Counted from the stretch's first letter, positions 1 through 13,761 are shown. The stretch: DNA of 64,000 nucleotides from Lingula anatina (GCA_051362555.1 CM120641.1:3720001-3784000); one strand, 5' to 3'. Numbers and translations: made by a program. Notes: a model not told the origin generated them from the sequence alone.

Positions 1-1891
1 GTACACTTTGCCAGTGCAGAACAGTAACTTCTCTACAGAAGTTGGGTCTTCCTGGGCGCCACCCTCTTCTGGGATCAGGCGCCTAAACTTGGTGCCCTCT
101 ATCATCTCATCGAATTTCGATCGGGCCATGGGATGACGCAAAAGGCTCTTAGGTGACATCATGATTAACTGCAAGCAGGAGGAAAACCACTAAGAAAAAC
201 TCGACAAACATGACTGTCAGTAATTGCTGATTATATATATTAATGAAATTATAAATTATTAATAACTGAACGAGAACATAGCATACCAAATAAGTGGAAT
301 TCAAAGGGCGATAACATTAGAAATTATTCAATCAACCCTTCCATCCATCAAATTGCTCTCTAATTCTAAATACCCCGATCAATTTTGATCCTTTTAAAAA
401 TCAAATAATTCTTTTTTTTTCACTTCCTTCCAATATGTAAACATACCGGCTTTCTGAAGGGCAAGTAGATCTGCCTCCTGATCACATGGAAGAGGTTGGC
501 TGGAGTGGTGCAGTTCACCACTATCATGTTGATCTCGTGTAACTGCTGCATCACAAAGTCTGCATCTATTTTCTGAAATACAGAATATTGACATTTTGCT
601 TTGTGAATAATTACAAATCCTAAACATAAGAATGCCATGTTCATGCTTGAGCACGATTAATCAAAGACAGATACAAAAAAGGTTTCTTTTTTGCAAATTG
701 AACATCTAAATAAGTTCTTACAGTTTCAACACACGCAAATGTTCATAGTGTAAAATCAAAAGAACTTCGCACAATCACAATCAAGTGGCAGTTATAGCTG
801 TTAAAGTAGACAGCAATAGTTGCAAATATACAGACAAGTAACATTAAAATAAAGCCATTCTCATTGCTCCATTTTAACACATACAGACACAAACAGTATC
901 TGTATTCAAAATGTACTTACGGGAAACAAGTCTGAATCATCGTTGCACATCTGCAGGAATCTTTCCAAGCGAGCACTGGAGTGTTCAGGACCCTACAAGA
1001 GAATAAGTACATGAAAAATATGTGTGTGTGCGCGTGTGCATACATACATACATACATACATAAAACACAACTATCAACAGGAACAAACAAAACTGTACAT
1101 ACAAATATATGTATACATATATGGCTTTAAAAATTTTTTCCAACAAGAAAGACTTAGTTTGAATTCAACTGGAAGAACTGGTTTAAAATAGAAATCCAGA
1201 ATATGAGAGTTGATGTGGCAAAGAAGTTGTCAAATCTGTTCCCTTGGGTACAGAACTGAAGTTGTACTGAATGTTTACTGATGGTTTTGCTCATCACAAG
1301 AGCATCATCAGGCTGTTGGGTATTGGTAACCTTGTGACAATATGTGTTTCGCTGATATTTGGTTCCAAAGTAAGCAATTACTATCACAAAAACATCAGTA
1401 AATACAATTTCTTCGAACCATGAACAATCTCACTGACATATGCTGGATGCTATTTAAGAAAGCGATGTATCCTTTGTATAAAAAAAAAAGTTTGCCTGAG
1501 CATAACTCCTCACCATTCCTTCCATGCCATGAGGCAAGAAAAGCACGATTCCCAGCTGTCTCATCCACTTGTCCTGGCCACTGCTGATGAACTGGTCTAT
1601 GATGCACTGGGCGGTGTTGGCAAAGTCGCCAAATTGGGCCTCCCAAATGACCAGGGAGTTGGGGTTGGTCTGAGCATAACCTACTTCAAAACCTAAACAC
1701 AGGGAGACCTTGGATGTTAAATGGTTCAAAATAAACAAGTTTGTAATATATTATATATATTTCTTTATTTTCTTTTTCTTTCATTTTCAAAATTCTGGGA
1801 GTTTTCATTTAGAACAAAATGCGAATGGAATTATTATAGCTGCTGATAATTGAGGCATTCAAAAACATATAATAATCTGCAATAGAAATAA

Positions 1892-1942
<51 letters not shown>

Positions 1943-4900
1943 AGCATAAGATATTTCATTTCACATCTAATTTACACAATATGATCTATTTTGTAATACC
2001 ACTTCTTTAATTTAAACATATATATTTCTCTGAGAACATGGCATTTGAAAAAAAAAAAAAAAAAAAAAAAGACATTTTGACTTAAGAAATTAAAAACTGT
2101 GTGAAAAAGATCAAATTGAGTCTAATGGCCGATAACTTAGGTCAATTCAGTTGCAACTTTGACGTAGTGTTTAGTATGAGTTGCACTTACCTAGCACAGC
2201 GTATTCAGACAGAGAGCTGTTACAGACTGTGAAGTGGGCCTGGGAGTCATTCAGGTGGTTGAGGGGCACGTAAAATTTCTTATCACGATCCTGATCATGA
2301 ATAACACTATGACGGTGGCTAGATTAGAAAACAAAATTACGTATTTGTTAGCTTTGGTGTGATAACCAATATCTTTCAATAAATATCTAAGGTTTGTTCT
2401 ACACAATTAAAAAATCCTTAAACACATGCAGTGACGACAGTGAGAATTTCTCATTGTATAGTGCAAAAACCAAGCTCATGAACATTTTTCATTCTAATTC
2501 ACATTGCTACAACCTTTTAAAGCAAAAATCTTTCCACAACTGACCATACTAAATGCCCACAATAACATGCTGTCAACAAAATAAGGTTTTTCTATAGAAT
2601 TGTACCTGAATGTGCCTCTCTCTGAATCCTGGCCACTCAGCCTGACATGGTAGCCCTCCATGAGAAGGGAGCCGAGGGCTAGTTTCTCTCCCAGTGCCCA
2701 GTCTGCCATCTTTTCCTTCTCCATGTCACGTCCACTCTTTAGAATACGGAGAATACCTGACAATAAGCCAAAAGAAATGATAATTGTTATTATTTTTATA
2801 AATTTTCAATGTAAGCAGTCAGTCTTAAAGGGCATTTCTCCCTAAAATGTTCATACTCTAAACTGAGAAATTATCATACGCATTAATAAAATGCCTAACT
2901 TATGAAGAAAAATATTTCTATTAGCATCAATTTATCTGACAATTGAGCATAACACAAAAAGGAAGTGCAGCCTATCACAACCTAAAACGAAAATACACAA
3001 TTACCTGGATGGACCTTAAACTCTTTATCTGGTGGTGGCGAGTTCACCACCTTTGCAATATGTTGGAGGGTTTTCAAATTAATGCCAGTTTCAGGTCTCT
3101 GCATTGGATCCTTATGCTCAAAAAAGTTCTTCCATGGTGAGTCTAGCCAGTCTCTGTTGTGCATGGCAGTTTCTTGCTTGGCCAGAACATTGCCTTCTTC
3201 AAGAATCTTCTGATACTTCTGTTCTTCAGCCTGGGGGTGAAATTTTACATGGATGTAGCACTGTTTTTTTTTGTTTTTTTTTTTTTTGTCATATGTCATT
3301 AAAAATATATTTATCAATTATAATTTATTTAAAGCAAAATATTTTCTCAGAACATCCTAAAAAGATGCCAGAGTGACCCCAATGAAAAAAAAACAAATAA
3401 ATATATAGTTCATATAAGGAAAATACTTATAATCTACAAATATGCTCAGCAACTAGGGATGAATTTGTACTAAAGATTAAATACCTTAAGTTCTTCCTCA
3501 GTCACAACTCCAGTATTTAACAGATGCTGTGCATATTTCACCTTCACAGTGGTCTGCTGGTTAATCTTTTTGTACATCAAAGGCTGAGTGAACATTGGCT
3601 GGTCTATCTCATTGTGACCGTATCTACGATAACCCACCTGTATAGAAACAAATAAACAAACAACCTAGAAAACAGTTACGTGGTTTGATTAATCAGTTAG
3701 GAAACAAAGGCAATGACAATGAAACAAAAACATATTTTAATGATATTTACTGAAATAAAACTTGAAAACAAGAAAGAAATATTCACAACGACTTTTTTGA
3801 ACAAACAATTGTGTTGCTCAGTGAAATTGCAAGAATTTGCAAGTATCAGTATATGCTTTATCCTATTTAAGGCCAAGTGGGCAGAAATTCACCAAGATGC
3901 TCTATGTTACTTAATTCTTCAACAATCATTACCTTTTAAATGAAATATCCTGATGTTCATCAAGCATAAGCTGGAAACTGTTATATTGAAGCAATAGGAA
4001 AATTTCACAAATACAATAATTTTATATTATATTTCACAAGCAAACTACATCCTTTAAATAATTCCTACCAAATCAATGACTACATCCTTTTGAAAGGTGG
4101 CTCTCCATTCAGCTGCGATTTTGCAAGCGTAGTTCACATCTTCTGGGTAGTCTGCATTCACGTGGAAGATAGGAGCATTCACGACCCGCGCTACATCGGT
4201 GGAATAGGGCGATGAACGGGACATACGGGGGTCAGTGGTGAAGCCAATCTGAATTTAGAAGTGGATTTGATTGGGTAAACGTATCAGAGATTAAAGTGAA
4301 AGTCGGGATGGGAGGGGCTGGGTCTAAATACAACACAAATATCTTTAAGATAAACGTGGAAGACTTTCATCTCTTATGTATTCAAACGGTCAAAATTCTT
4401 GGGGTTAATCTTTATCTTGAAAAGAGTAGAAATATTTTAATATCACACACACGTTCTAGGCAACAAGTAAGAAAATGATTACATATTATTACAAGGACCA
4501 ATTACTCTGATGAGAAAATGAAAAGGATGTATACCTGTATGTAAATATGTTAAGAAAGCATTTCAAAACTAGTAACAGAACACGAGCTACTGTATTCCAG
4601 GTTGCAAATGAAGCACTTTCTCACTAGTGCATTTTTGGGGAGTGTGTTGACACTCTTTCAGACATGCTGAAAACTATTCAGAATGGTCAGACATTTGGAC
4701 CGACAGAAATGAAAAATTTGCCGGACCGAATGGATTTTTGACAGACCAAAAATCACCCTATTTGTTTGAGACCGATACTACCAGTATTATTAGGGTAGCT
4801 TACTTTGTTTGTGAATGAGATAGGTTTGAAATGGAAAGCAAAAAACACTTTGGGTCCAATTTAATTTTATTGGTGAAGTATGCCGAATGATGACTGTAAA

Positions 4901-7900
4901 TTCAAAATTGCAGCTCTTAAAACTCTTGTTGGTCCTCTGGACCAACCAAGTCCAATTTTTTACCGGTCCAGACAAATTTTGCCAGTCATGACTGATCGGA
5001 CTGACAGTTTCAGCATGTCTGCTCTTTTCTTTTTGTCATTAATATGGAAGAAACTTCCCTTTCATGCTCATCTTGCATGAAAAAAGTAATAATAATAATG
5101 AAAATAAATAAATAAATAAAGTCTTCCCGCCCCCCTGGTACCTACCTGGTTGTTGACCACCACATGTATGGTGCCATGGGTGGTGTAGGCGGGAAGGTCA
5201 CTCAAGTGGAACGTCTCATAGACCACCCCCTGGCCAGCAAATGCAGCATCTCCATGCATCAGTATACTCATCACCTAAAAGGGTATCACCAATAGTGCTT
5301 TCTCTCAAAATATTTTGTACTGGATATCATATATCTATAGATGGGAACTTTTTTATGTTTTGTTAAAAAAGGCATTGAAGTACATGTTCACTGAGATGAA
5401 TGTCACACAGTGGCAGGACAACTGCTTCCTATAATTTATGGTCAGTGATTTTTTTCCAACCACCTAACCCTTGTCATGTTTGTGCTATATAATAAAGGCA
5501 ACAAAATTGGAATCAAAGTCACAGAATAAATTGAGCAAACTCACAAAAGTGGTGGAAGTAAGCAACAATAACTCAGATGATAACCCCTTTTCCTCAGTTC
5601 TACATTTTGTGAGGCACTTTACTTGCATTTCCCTCATCCAAACACTGATTTTACCTTCTTCCCTTGCTTGTCTCCCCTGTAATACTGTTCCGCTCTAGTT
5701 TTGCCCTGAACAACAGGACCGACAGCCTCCAAATGGGAGGGGTTGGCGCAAACGGCAATCTTGACCTGCTTATTGGTCATCCTGTTCTCCCTCTCTACAA
5801 AGGTCCCCAAGTGATACTTCACATCACCGGAACCTTCTTCAGCTGGTTTGATGTTGGAGTGAAACTGGCAGATGATCTTTGCCAGTGGTTTGCGGCACAC
5901 ATTGGCCAGGACATTTAATCGACCCCTGTTGGTTAAAAGATATATTAATGTATAGATTTTGATACTGATATTAAGTCACTATGACAGTTTCTACAGTAAA
6001 CGGCTTTGTTAGAGTTTGTCTATACATTTCAGGGAACAGGTGATTTTGGCCGTTATCAGTAATGTATTGATTTTAATACAGATATTATAAAAGTCACAAA
6101 TACAGTTTCCACAGTAAACGCCTTTGTAAGAATTAATGTTTTCCAACATTTTTGTACGTTTCAGTGAACAGGTGATTTTGGCTGGTGATCAGTAAAACCA
6201 GCAATGTAACTAAGTGTTTAACACAGCAGATGAAATTCTTCACTAATGATAACATTTGATAATCACATCATCACAATCAGACAATTTCTTCTCATTTTCC
6301 CATGACTTCACTTGTAAACACTCACTGTAGTAAACGTCCACTTTACCCATCACACATGTATAAAAACATACCTATGAGGCATTCCTACGATGAAGGTGTC
6401 CACCCCTAAATCACTGGACACATCAATAATTGTCTTAAGACCAGGGATCAACACTTCACAGCCTTCCAGTCCAAAACGTTTCTCTGAAGGCCACTTCTTG
6501 GCAAAAAATTCCTCTAATCTGAAAATATGCAAATGTAATGTCAGTAAAGAAATATCATTCAAATTATTGAAATATTGTGGTTTGCCTTAAAAACCTACAC
6601 ACCATCAGGTGTAGGGACATTAATTTTTTTTATATGGAAATCCATGTACTGTAGTGAGCAGCTAAATTCTAGTACTCGCAAAATGAATGAATAAAAAAGA
6701 AAATCCACACAAAGAAAAAGAAATGAGTTCTGTTTACACACGGCACACTTCTAGAAGTTACATTGAACGAAACACATCATTTATGGTAAGATCTGTATAC
6801 ATTTCTATTGACCTTGCTGAGAAAAACAAAACAGGTATTTATATATATTTGATTTCCAAAATAACACAGTCCTGTGTGTGTGCCTAGGTACATATGAGGA
6901 GAAAACATGGTTCATATTACCCTTCAGCACGTATAAGTCTTGCCAGGAGGAGTTTCTTTTCCTCAGTGGTGCTCTCTTTAATGCCTGGGGTTTCAAACTT
7001 CTCCCTCAGCCAGTCACATTGTTCCACATTGTTGATGTGCATGTACTCTATGCCTATTGTGCCACAGTAGATACTCTAAAAACATTCAAAACATGAATAT
7101 TACAAATGAGAGAATGTGAATATATAATTATACATGGCATCAGCATTTGTAATTTCAAAGAATTGCTGTTTGCAATTGTAGAAATTAATTGCACTGAAGG
7201 TGACTTCAGAGTAGCACACATAAATAAGATGGCAGCAAACGGTATTAATTCTATTAATAAGTCTGTAATGAAGCTGTCAACTAGATGTAAACACCTTGGC
7301 CATCTTTCAAGTTGGTAAAAATTCATGAAAACCAATCAAACAATGAACAAAATCACATGTCAACCAGACTGTAGCAGCAACCATTATGCTCCAGTGTCTG
7401 CTTGTACAAATGTTCATAGTAATAACCTTTTAAAAGAAAACATTTACCTTCATTCGATTTAAAATTTCTGCACCTTGAAGCTTTGCCTCTTGGCCACCTA
7501 CAGCAGTCACTGGTGGCAGAATATATTCTTTATCCAGATCTTTCTCACCTAAGTTCACAGAAATAGTTATTCATCATGTCTATCACAGTAATGACTCAGA
7601 AACATATGACTAGCATCTGACATTCTGCATAAAATTGAAAATATCTTATTTAATAAATTAATAATAAATCAATTCACAGTGCTTGTAAATTCTAACTTAA
7701 AAGCAAACAAAGGAGTGAGTATTTGTAGCTTACAACAAATAACAAAATTTTCTAAACTTCCCACTTCTATAAATATTTCACCCTGCTATTTAAAACATTA
7801 ACTGAAAAAGCAAAATTTCCAACCACAAACTGCAAGCATTCTACTTCTTAGAGTCCTGCCATGAACACATTATATAAAATGATTCCACAATAAACGCAAA

Positions 7901-10900
7901 ACAAAGATACTGCTATATCAACTGCATTCAATTCTTAAAAAAAAAAACATTTTACTTAACTCTCTGCAAAAGTGTAATGTTACTGGACTATTTGTAGCAC
8001 ACCAAATGCCATCAACAACTTCTCGAGCAAGTATTAATCCATTCATACTTGACAGCATCAGAGAACCAGTGTATTTTGACAGATTATATGAGTGATGGTA
8101 CAAAGCTTAATAATGGCAAATTTTCCCTCGAGTTGTGACATCTTTAGACTGGGTTCCCATACCTACATCAATCTAACAGGATTGATCTATCTCCAAGGGG
8201 TTTTCTCCCTAAATTGCTTTCAGCTTAAGCAGCTTAGATGTCTGGCACACCTACTGAAGCTGCTAAACGATAATTTATTACCCCCTAGCAGCTTCAGTAG
8301 GAGCGTCAGACATCAAAGCTGCTTAAGTTAAAATTTAATGAGAATCCCCTTGGAGATAGATCGATCTACAATTAGTATGATAGGGTCTGGGAATGGCCCC
8401 TAAGACTGGACTGGAAATGAGTCCATTAAACATTTGGTGCTGTACACTTATGACATTTACAGCCACTGATACATATTTTAAAAAACTTAATAAGAGAATA
8501 GAACCAAAGGGAAAGAAATTTAAGTATGAAAGATAGAGGCAGGAAGTGACAGTAGAGCAAGATTTACATGTAGGATGGCACAAGAGAATTCTTACCAATA
8601 TCAAACAGTTGAAGAGCCAAACCCAACTGCTCCTCAGATACATGGCCAGAACCTATTTCTAGAGGATCTAACTGGCTGTTTAGGTGACCACGAACCTACA
8701 AGGAATGGGTGGAATATTCACAAACAAACAGAAATGCATGCAAGTAAAGCAACTCTGACAGGCAGACTGGCAAAGGGTGACATATATACACATACCACAT
8801 TTATCACCAATATGAGAATTTCCCTCTCAAGCATATTAGCTGCAAAGCTGTATGCGTAATGCTATCCTGCCTTTCATTGAGTTTGTAGTTTGTCAAAACA
8901 AACACAGTTTGTGCTCAGATTCTTTAACTCATTTAGGTCTGTGCCTGGCTTAAAGAGCAAGCTACCATCATAGAAAGTCATGAGTCAAAATGCAGCCAGT
9001 TCTGAAAAGAATTTTGCTTTGATCTTGATCTTAACAACCTGCAAACAAATGATGCTGCTGATGCAATAAAATCATATTTATGATTAGCAATGTTAGTATA
9101 ACTCATTTTCCTTTCAATTTTCCCACACAAAACAAAGAAGAAAGGGTGACAATATTGTTAGAGGTGTGAGATGGGTGCTCAAACAGGTATGCAACACCAA
9201 ATAGCAATGTCTGGTGGAAAAGTAAATGTTCAATGGTAAATATATTAGTCACAATAACTACATAAGTTATGGATGACATGACAAAATCTATAGAGTTATA
9301 TCAGTTAGGTCAGGCAAACCTGGTTTGACAAAGAAAACTGGTTTTAAAGTAGGTCAAATTCACTTTTTTTATAATTCAACATTAAGTATTGGGAAAAATA
9401 TATATAACTTTTAGAAAAAAAAAGAAATCTCCAAGATTTTGATGAAACATTGTAAAATTAAGATGCCAAAATAATAAAGTGGGTTGAGCCTGTTTCAACA
9501 GACATTGGAACTTAGGCATGGCTGATTACAAAACAAAATTTACAACAGGCAAAAAGACACTGAAATGAAAATATGAAGTTCTCAATAACACAAAATGGAA
9601 CACTGATGTCTTTTGCAATATTGTTCCAGATAAATATCCATGAGAGTTCCTTGCCTTTCTAGGCAAATTCTGTACCAAGATCAACAGCAATTTATGTGCA
9701 AATGAGACAATTCCATTTTTGCCAAGATGATGCTAAACATGGCTGCATTCACAAATAGCATTGTTTCAGGCTAAATATCAACTATATAATTTGAAGTCAC
9801 ATCAATAAAGATTTTATAGAAATTTCTCTGCGCACTGGCCTGGATTACAGAGAGATAACAATTTTTAAACTCAAAATGTGCGTATGTCTGATGGCATATC
9901 AAATGACATATTTCGGTCAGGTCTTAAACAGCCCTATGTGTGAACACAGCTTCACCTATTCCTCTCTTGGAAAATCAATACCTAGAACAAGTTTTCAGAG
10001 CAAATATCTCCCTCCCCAAGAACCTACCAAACCCATAATTTTCCAGAATCAAGCCTTCAGGAATACTGAAATCAAGGTCAGCAGCCAGAATTCCCAGAGG
10101 ATCCAAATCTGCAATGTTATGCCCATGGACCTAGGGATTGGAGATTAGTAGAACATTAGTGGAGATTATTCTCTGTGATGGAAAGGGATAGAGACAAAGC
10201 TTGCAATCGTTTTTTGTTACTTCAGAAAATAGTTGCGTTTACATATTGAATGAACAGGCTTTAGAAGAGAGGTGTTGCATGTACAGAAAGAGGAAAAACA
10301 CCAAGAGAGACAAGACCATATGAAGTTGATTTGAAAATGAAAAACAAATAGTGAAACAACATTCTGATGTTCTACCAGGGTAGAAGTAAAAACATGTAAC
10401 AAATAAAAATCTTACAATTTTCCTCGTCTCTGTATACAAAAATACAGAAAAAAAAAAGCAAATGCAGATAAAGTTTGTAATAAATCTAAATATCAAAATT
10501 ACACCCCGATGACTTCACAACTTGTAATTATCTGGAATACTGTGAGGCCCCTACAGGCCAGATGTGTTCTTGTAATTCACTTTATATTTATATTAAGCAT
10601 AAGACACACAAACACATGATTAAGTTGACAATGCAGACAATATGTCAATTCAGGAAAAGCCATGAAATTGAAAGGGGCATATTACAAAGTAAACAGATGA
10701 TGTAGACCACTGTGATGTCTATCTAGAAAGGTTTTACTTGAATAATGGTGTAATTAAACCAGGGCCCCGTATCTCGAAAGCATCGTGTATTGCGATAATA
10801 TATCAAAAAGAGGCTACAGTTTATAATATGGGACAAGTAATGGAATCGAGACGCTTGCGCACGTGCGCAACATAGCGAAGCTTACGAGATACGGGGCCCA

Positions 10901-11019
10901 GGTCTGCAAGTATCTGCAATAGCATCAGGAACGATAAACAGTTGATTCACATTTTTGTCTGGAAAGAGCTGAAAATTGAACTGCATTAGAGTAATATTAC
11001 AAAGCGGGAACCACAAAAT

Positions 11020-11085
<66 letters not shown>

Positions 11086-13349
11086 GAGCACTGTACCTTT
11101 TCCCATATTGTATATTTACACAAAAGATAAGTATGCTAAATAAGTATGATCTCCAACGTTGTGGTCATTTCCCGTGGTATGTATGGCAAAAGGTTACGAC
11201 CACCTGTCCGAGCTGTCTTTTATCTGACCTAGTTTCCATCCAAATGTATGATATGTACATTTATTTAGCTTACACTGAAATAGAGCTTAAAAAAACCAAC
11301 GCCAGTACTTCATGTTAACTTGGCAGAGAATAGATATGGATAGGAGGACAAATATTGAAAAGAAAAGACATTTCATAGGGCAGATTCAGAACAAGTTGAT
11401 CCACAACGTTATACAATAAAATGATATAAGAAGACACAATAATTTAAAACTGTGGCCTAGGCCCACAAATATATACATGATTCATTACTTTTAGTTCACA
11501 ACAGATACCATTTATAATATATACATTGAAAATAACAGCCATTCTTCGCAAACAATAACAATACTAATGACAACAACAATAGTCATTTATTTACCTGGTA
11601 GGCTCTGATCAACCTTTGAATATTTTGGTGTTGTATGATATCAAGTTCTGTTTCAGCCCTGGAGGTAGGGGCTGCTGTCGCCGTTGACGTGGGAACACTT
11701 AAGGAGCTGCTTATGGACGGGGGTGGCTGGTATATGAAATCATTGGAGAAGTACGCATCCCACGACTGAAATGTCACATGACAATCTTGAATAAGCCAGG
11801 AACAACATATCAGCAAGACACTAATGGTACATGGGGAATTGTTGGCAAAGTCTTTGCATCTCAGGACTGCAATATTATTAAATATACAAAATAGATAGCA
11901 ATCAAGTGGAATTATTAAGCAGTATAAAATAAGAAAATTGTTAGAAAAATGTTAATTATAGGATTTAGTTTGTTTCATACTGCAGTATTTAAATGCTATG
12001 TGAAAAAATAAATACTAGTACACATTCCCAATAATGATTTTCTCTTCTTTTTTTAAGACTTTTGAAAATATATTGGTCAAAAGGAGTGAAAAGGTTATCT
12101 TAGGTAAGAGTTGATTTCTAAAGTGGCAGATAAGAAAAAAGTTGTTACTATGAACCTCCATATTATTTTTTTCACATGGCATTACAATGCTGCCACAATT
12201 TCAAAATTATGCACTGCAAATTTCAATATTTGATGTGTCATAACTGAGGCCATTTTTATCTTGTCAGATCTTTTTGACACTGATATGCCCTGAGGTTTAG
12301 TAACATGATAATGTGATTAAGATGATTCTACGACAATTCCCCCCTGGACAATTCCCACTTTTCCTAACAGTGGCCACTGTTTAAATTATAGCTATCTCTA
12401 ATGTTGACATGCATTTCATGACTGCCTCAGGAAGTAGAATACTTAATCATGACTTAATATTTCCTCCATGTCAAAATATGGCCAACCCATATAAAAGTAA
12501 TCCTCTAAAGATCTCCCGGCCGTCCACACGTGCCAGGCCTGCGGTTAAATCTGTCAAAATCAGTAAGACTACTTCACTGGTATGGGATATTTATGGTTAA
12601 AATGCAAGTCTCGGGTGGTTTAAGCTATTTTATGCATGTTCTGTTATTTATGTCTTAGATAATGATAATTTATCAAAAGAAAAAAAAAAAGACTTTATGA
12701 TTTAAAAGTGTATAAATATACACCAAGGGTATTGCCAATTAACAGGTAATGGGCATGTTATTAGCTATTCATTTCTTACACACATCACAGTTTCACTGTC
12801 AAATAATATCTGTCTAAGTTGTGTAGAACTTTATCATTTCCAATGCTTCTGTTGCATGGCGGCTTAAATCTAAGAATGAGCTGCTGTTGCAATACCTTTT
12901 CCATAAATGGCATATTCCATCCACATAAGAGCATTAGTCCCAGAATTTTTTAAAATAACTAAAGCTCTCACGCCATCTATCTGAGATGACCTCAGCAGTA
13001 ATTTCGACCCCTTTCTTTTTCTTTCTGAAAATGGATAAATGGCAAAGTATCCGGATATCAACTCAACTCTTGCTATGTTAGTTGATGCCAAGAAAAATAA
13101 CTGGTGTGGTATGATTTAAAATGTGTTTGCATCCATTAACAATACCTTATGGACACTATTTGGGTCTCTCTTCCATGCCTCATACATTTCCTCTTCATAA
13201 ACTGAGGAGGTTCCATTTAGAAATGAATGTTTCGTTACTGCATTCCTCTTAGATAAAATTACTGCTGTGCATTCTGGAGTGCCTGCACTTGCCAACACTC
13301 TGGCTGTCCAAGGTTGGGCACACACGGCTAAAGTCTTTATACGATACAT
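1..13349 (-). CDS. OGDH: 2-oxoglutarate dehydrogenase E1, mitochondrial (3' end lies beyond the left edge of the window)
   Basis: GT-AG exons in transcript order: 13146-13349, 11595-11765, then either 10028-10130 or 8596-8695, 7448-7548, 6921-7075, 6372-6518, 5655-5925, 5146-5274, 4069-4248, 3485-3637, 3005-3230, 2606-2756, 2191-2318, 1514-1692, 921-992, 447-572, <1-168. Phases chain correctly (about 888 codons in the window). Motifs: [56 protein letters not shown] (ThDP-binding), [33 protein letters not shown]. Confidence 0.97.
1890..1943. repeat. (TAAA)n microsatellite
   Basis: About 13 TAAA units in an OGDH intron. Confidence 0.95.
4659..5021. mobile_element. Non-autonomous hAT-like MITE family A, copy 1 (6-bp TSD)
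   Basis: TIRs CAGACATGCTGAAA...TTTCAGCATGTCTG, flanked by direct repeat CTCTTT. Inverted homologue at 15145-15469. Confidence 0.88.
5947..6195. repeat. Degenerate tandem duplication (about 115-135-bp unit x2)
   Basis: AATGTAT..AAGTCAC..ACAGTTTC.ACAGTAAACG..GAACAGGTGATTTTGGC..ATCAGTAA occurs twice, starting near 5947 and 6061. Confidence 0.75.
8151..8400. mobile_element. Degenerate foldback MITE (Harbinger-like)
   Basis: Inverted arms GATCTATCTCCAAGGGG..CTTAAGCAGCTT..CTACTGAAGCTGCTA and TAGCAGCTTCAGTAG..AAGCTGCTTAAG..CCCCTTGGAGATAGATC. Partial copy at about 61589-61703. Confidence 0.75.
8596..8695 (-). CDS. OGDH: OGDH mutually exclusive exon 4, variant B ([34 protein letters not shown])
   Basis: Boundaries ttgtag|GTTCGTGGTCAC...GATATTG|gtaag. 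100 nt, phase 0 in and phase 1 out. Contains the xRGHxxxxLDPL motif. Not in the ORF track. Confidence 0.92.
10028..10130 (-). CDS. OGDH: OGDH mutually exclusive exon 4, variant A ([35 protein letters not shown])
   Basis: Boundaries ccctag|GTCCATGGGCAT...GGGTTTG|gtagg. 103 nt, phase 0 in and phase 1 out. GHxxAxLDPLG motif followed by AADLD. Confidence 0.93.
10763..10898. mobile_element. Small MITE with 3-bp CAG TSD (PIF/Harbinger-like)
   Basis: TIRs GGCCCCGTATCTCG(A)AAGC and GCTT(A)CGAGATACGGGGCC, with CAG on both sides. Confidence 0.85.
11021..11080. repeat. (CA)n microsatellite
   Basis: About 30 AC units. Confidence 0.97.
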
Positions 13350-13761
13350 GATGGTAGGATGTTAACTCAACAAATCATATGAGAACGTGAGCTGTGTAGT
13401 CTGTAATAAGAGATGGTTTGGGCTTTGGTAAGCCAGCTTGATAGCTTCTCCCACGATTCTCAGTTGTTGCTTAACACTTGTGCCTAAGTAACTTGTTTTT
13501 CGCTGTGTGTGTGTCTAACAGCCAACCGGCAGTTTCGTCAGCTTCAGATCCTGGAGAGTGACACAACACTCCACTGTGCAAGAACTCTTCAGCTGCAGAG
13601 GTCAAGAAGGTAAGACGACAACAGTGTTTTTTTAGGCTGAAATAATAAATAGAAACACCAAATTAAACAATAGTGGTGTTAAGTACGATTCTTTTTTGCT
13701 ATGAAATTAAACTTATGAGAGATATTACAACGATTTAAAGACACTCCTGAATAATATTCAC

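Noticed and set aside
7549-11594. A third mutually exclusive OGDH exon or a micro-exon (candidates near 9040, 10550 and 11200-11230)
   Set aside because: No GHxxxxLDPL motif, and the candidate acceptors lead to in-frame stops. A very short exon cannot be excluded without RNA data.
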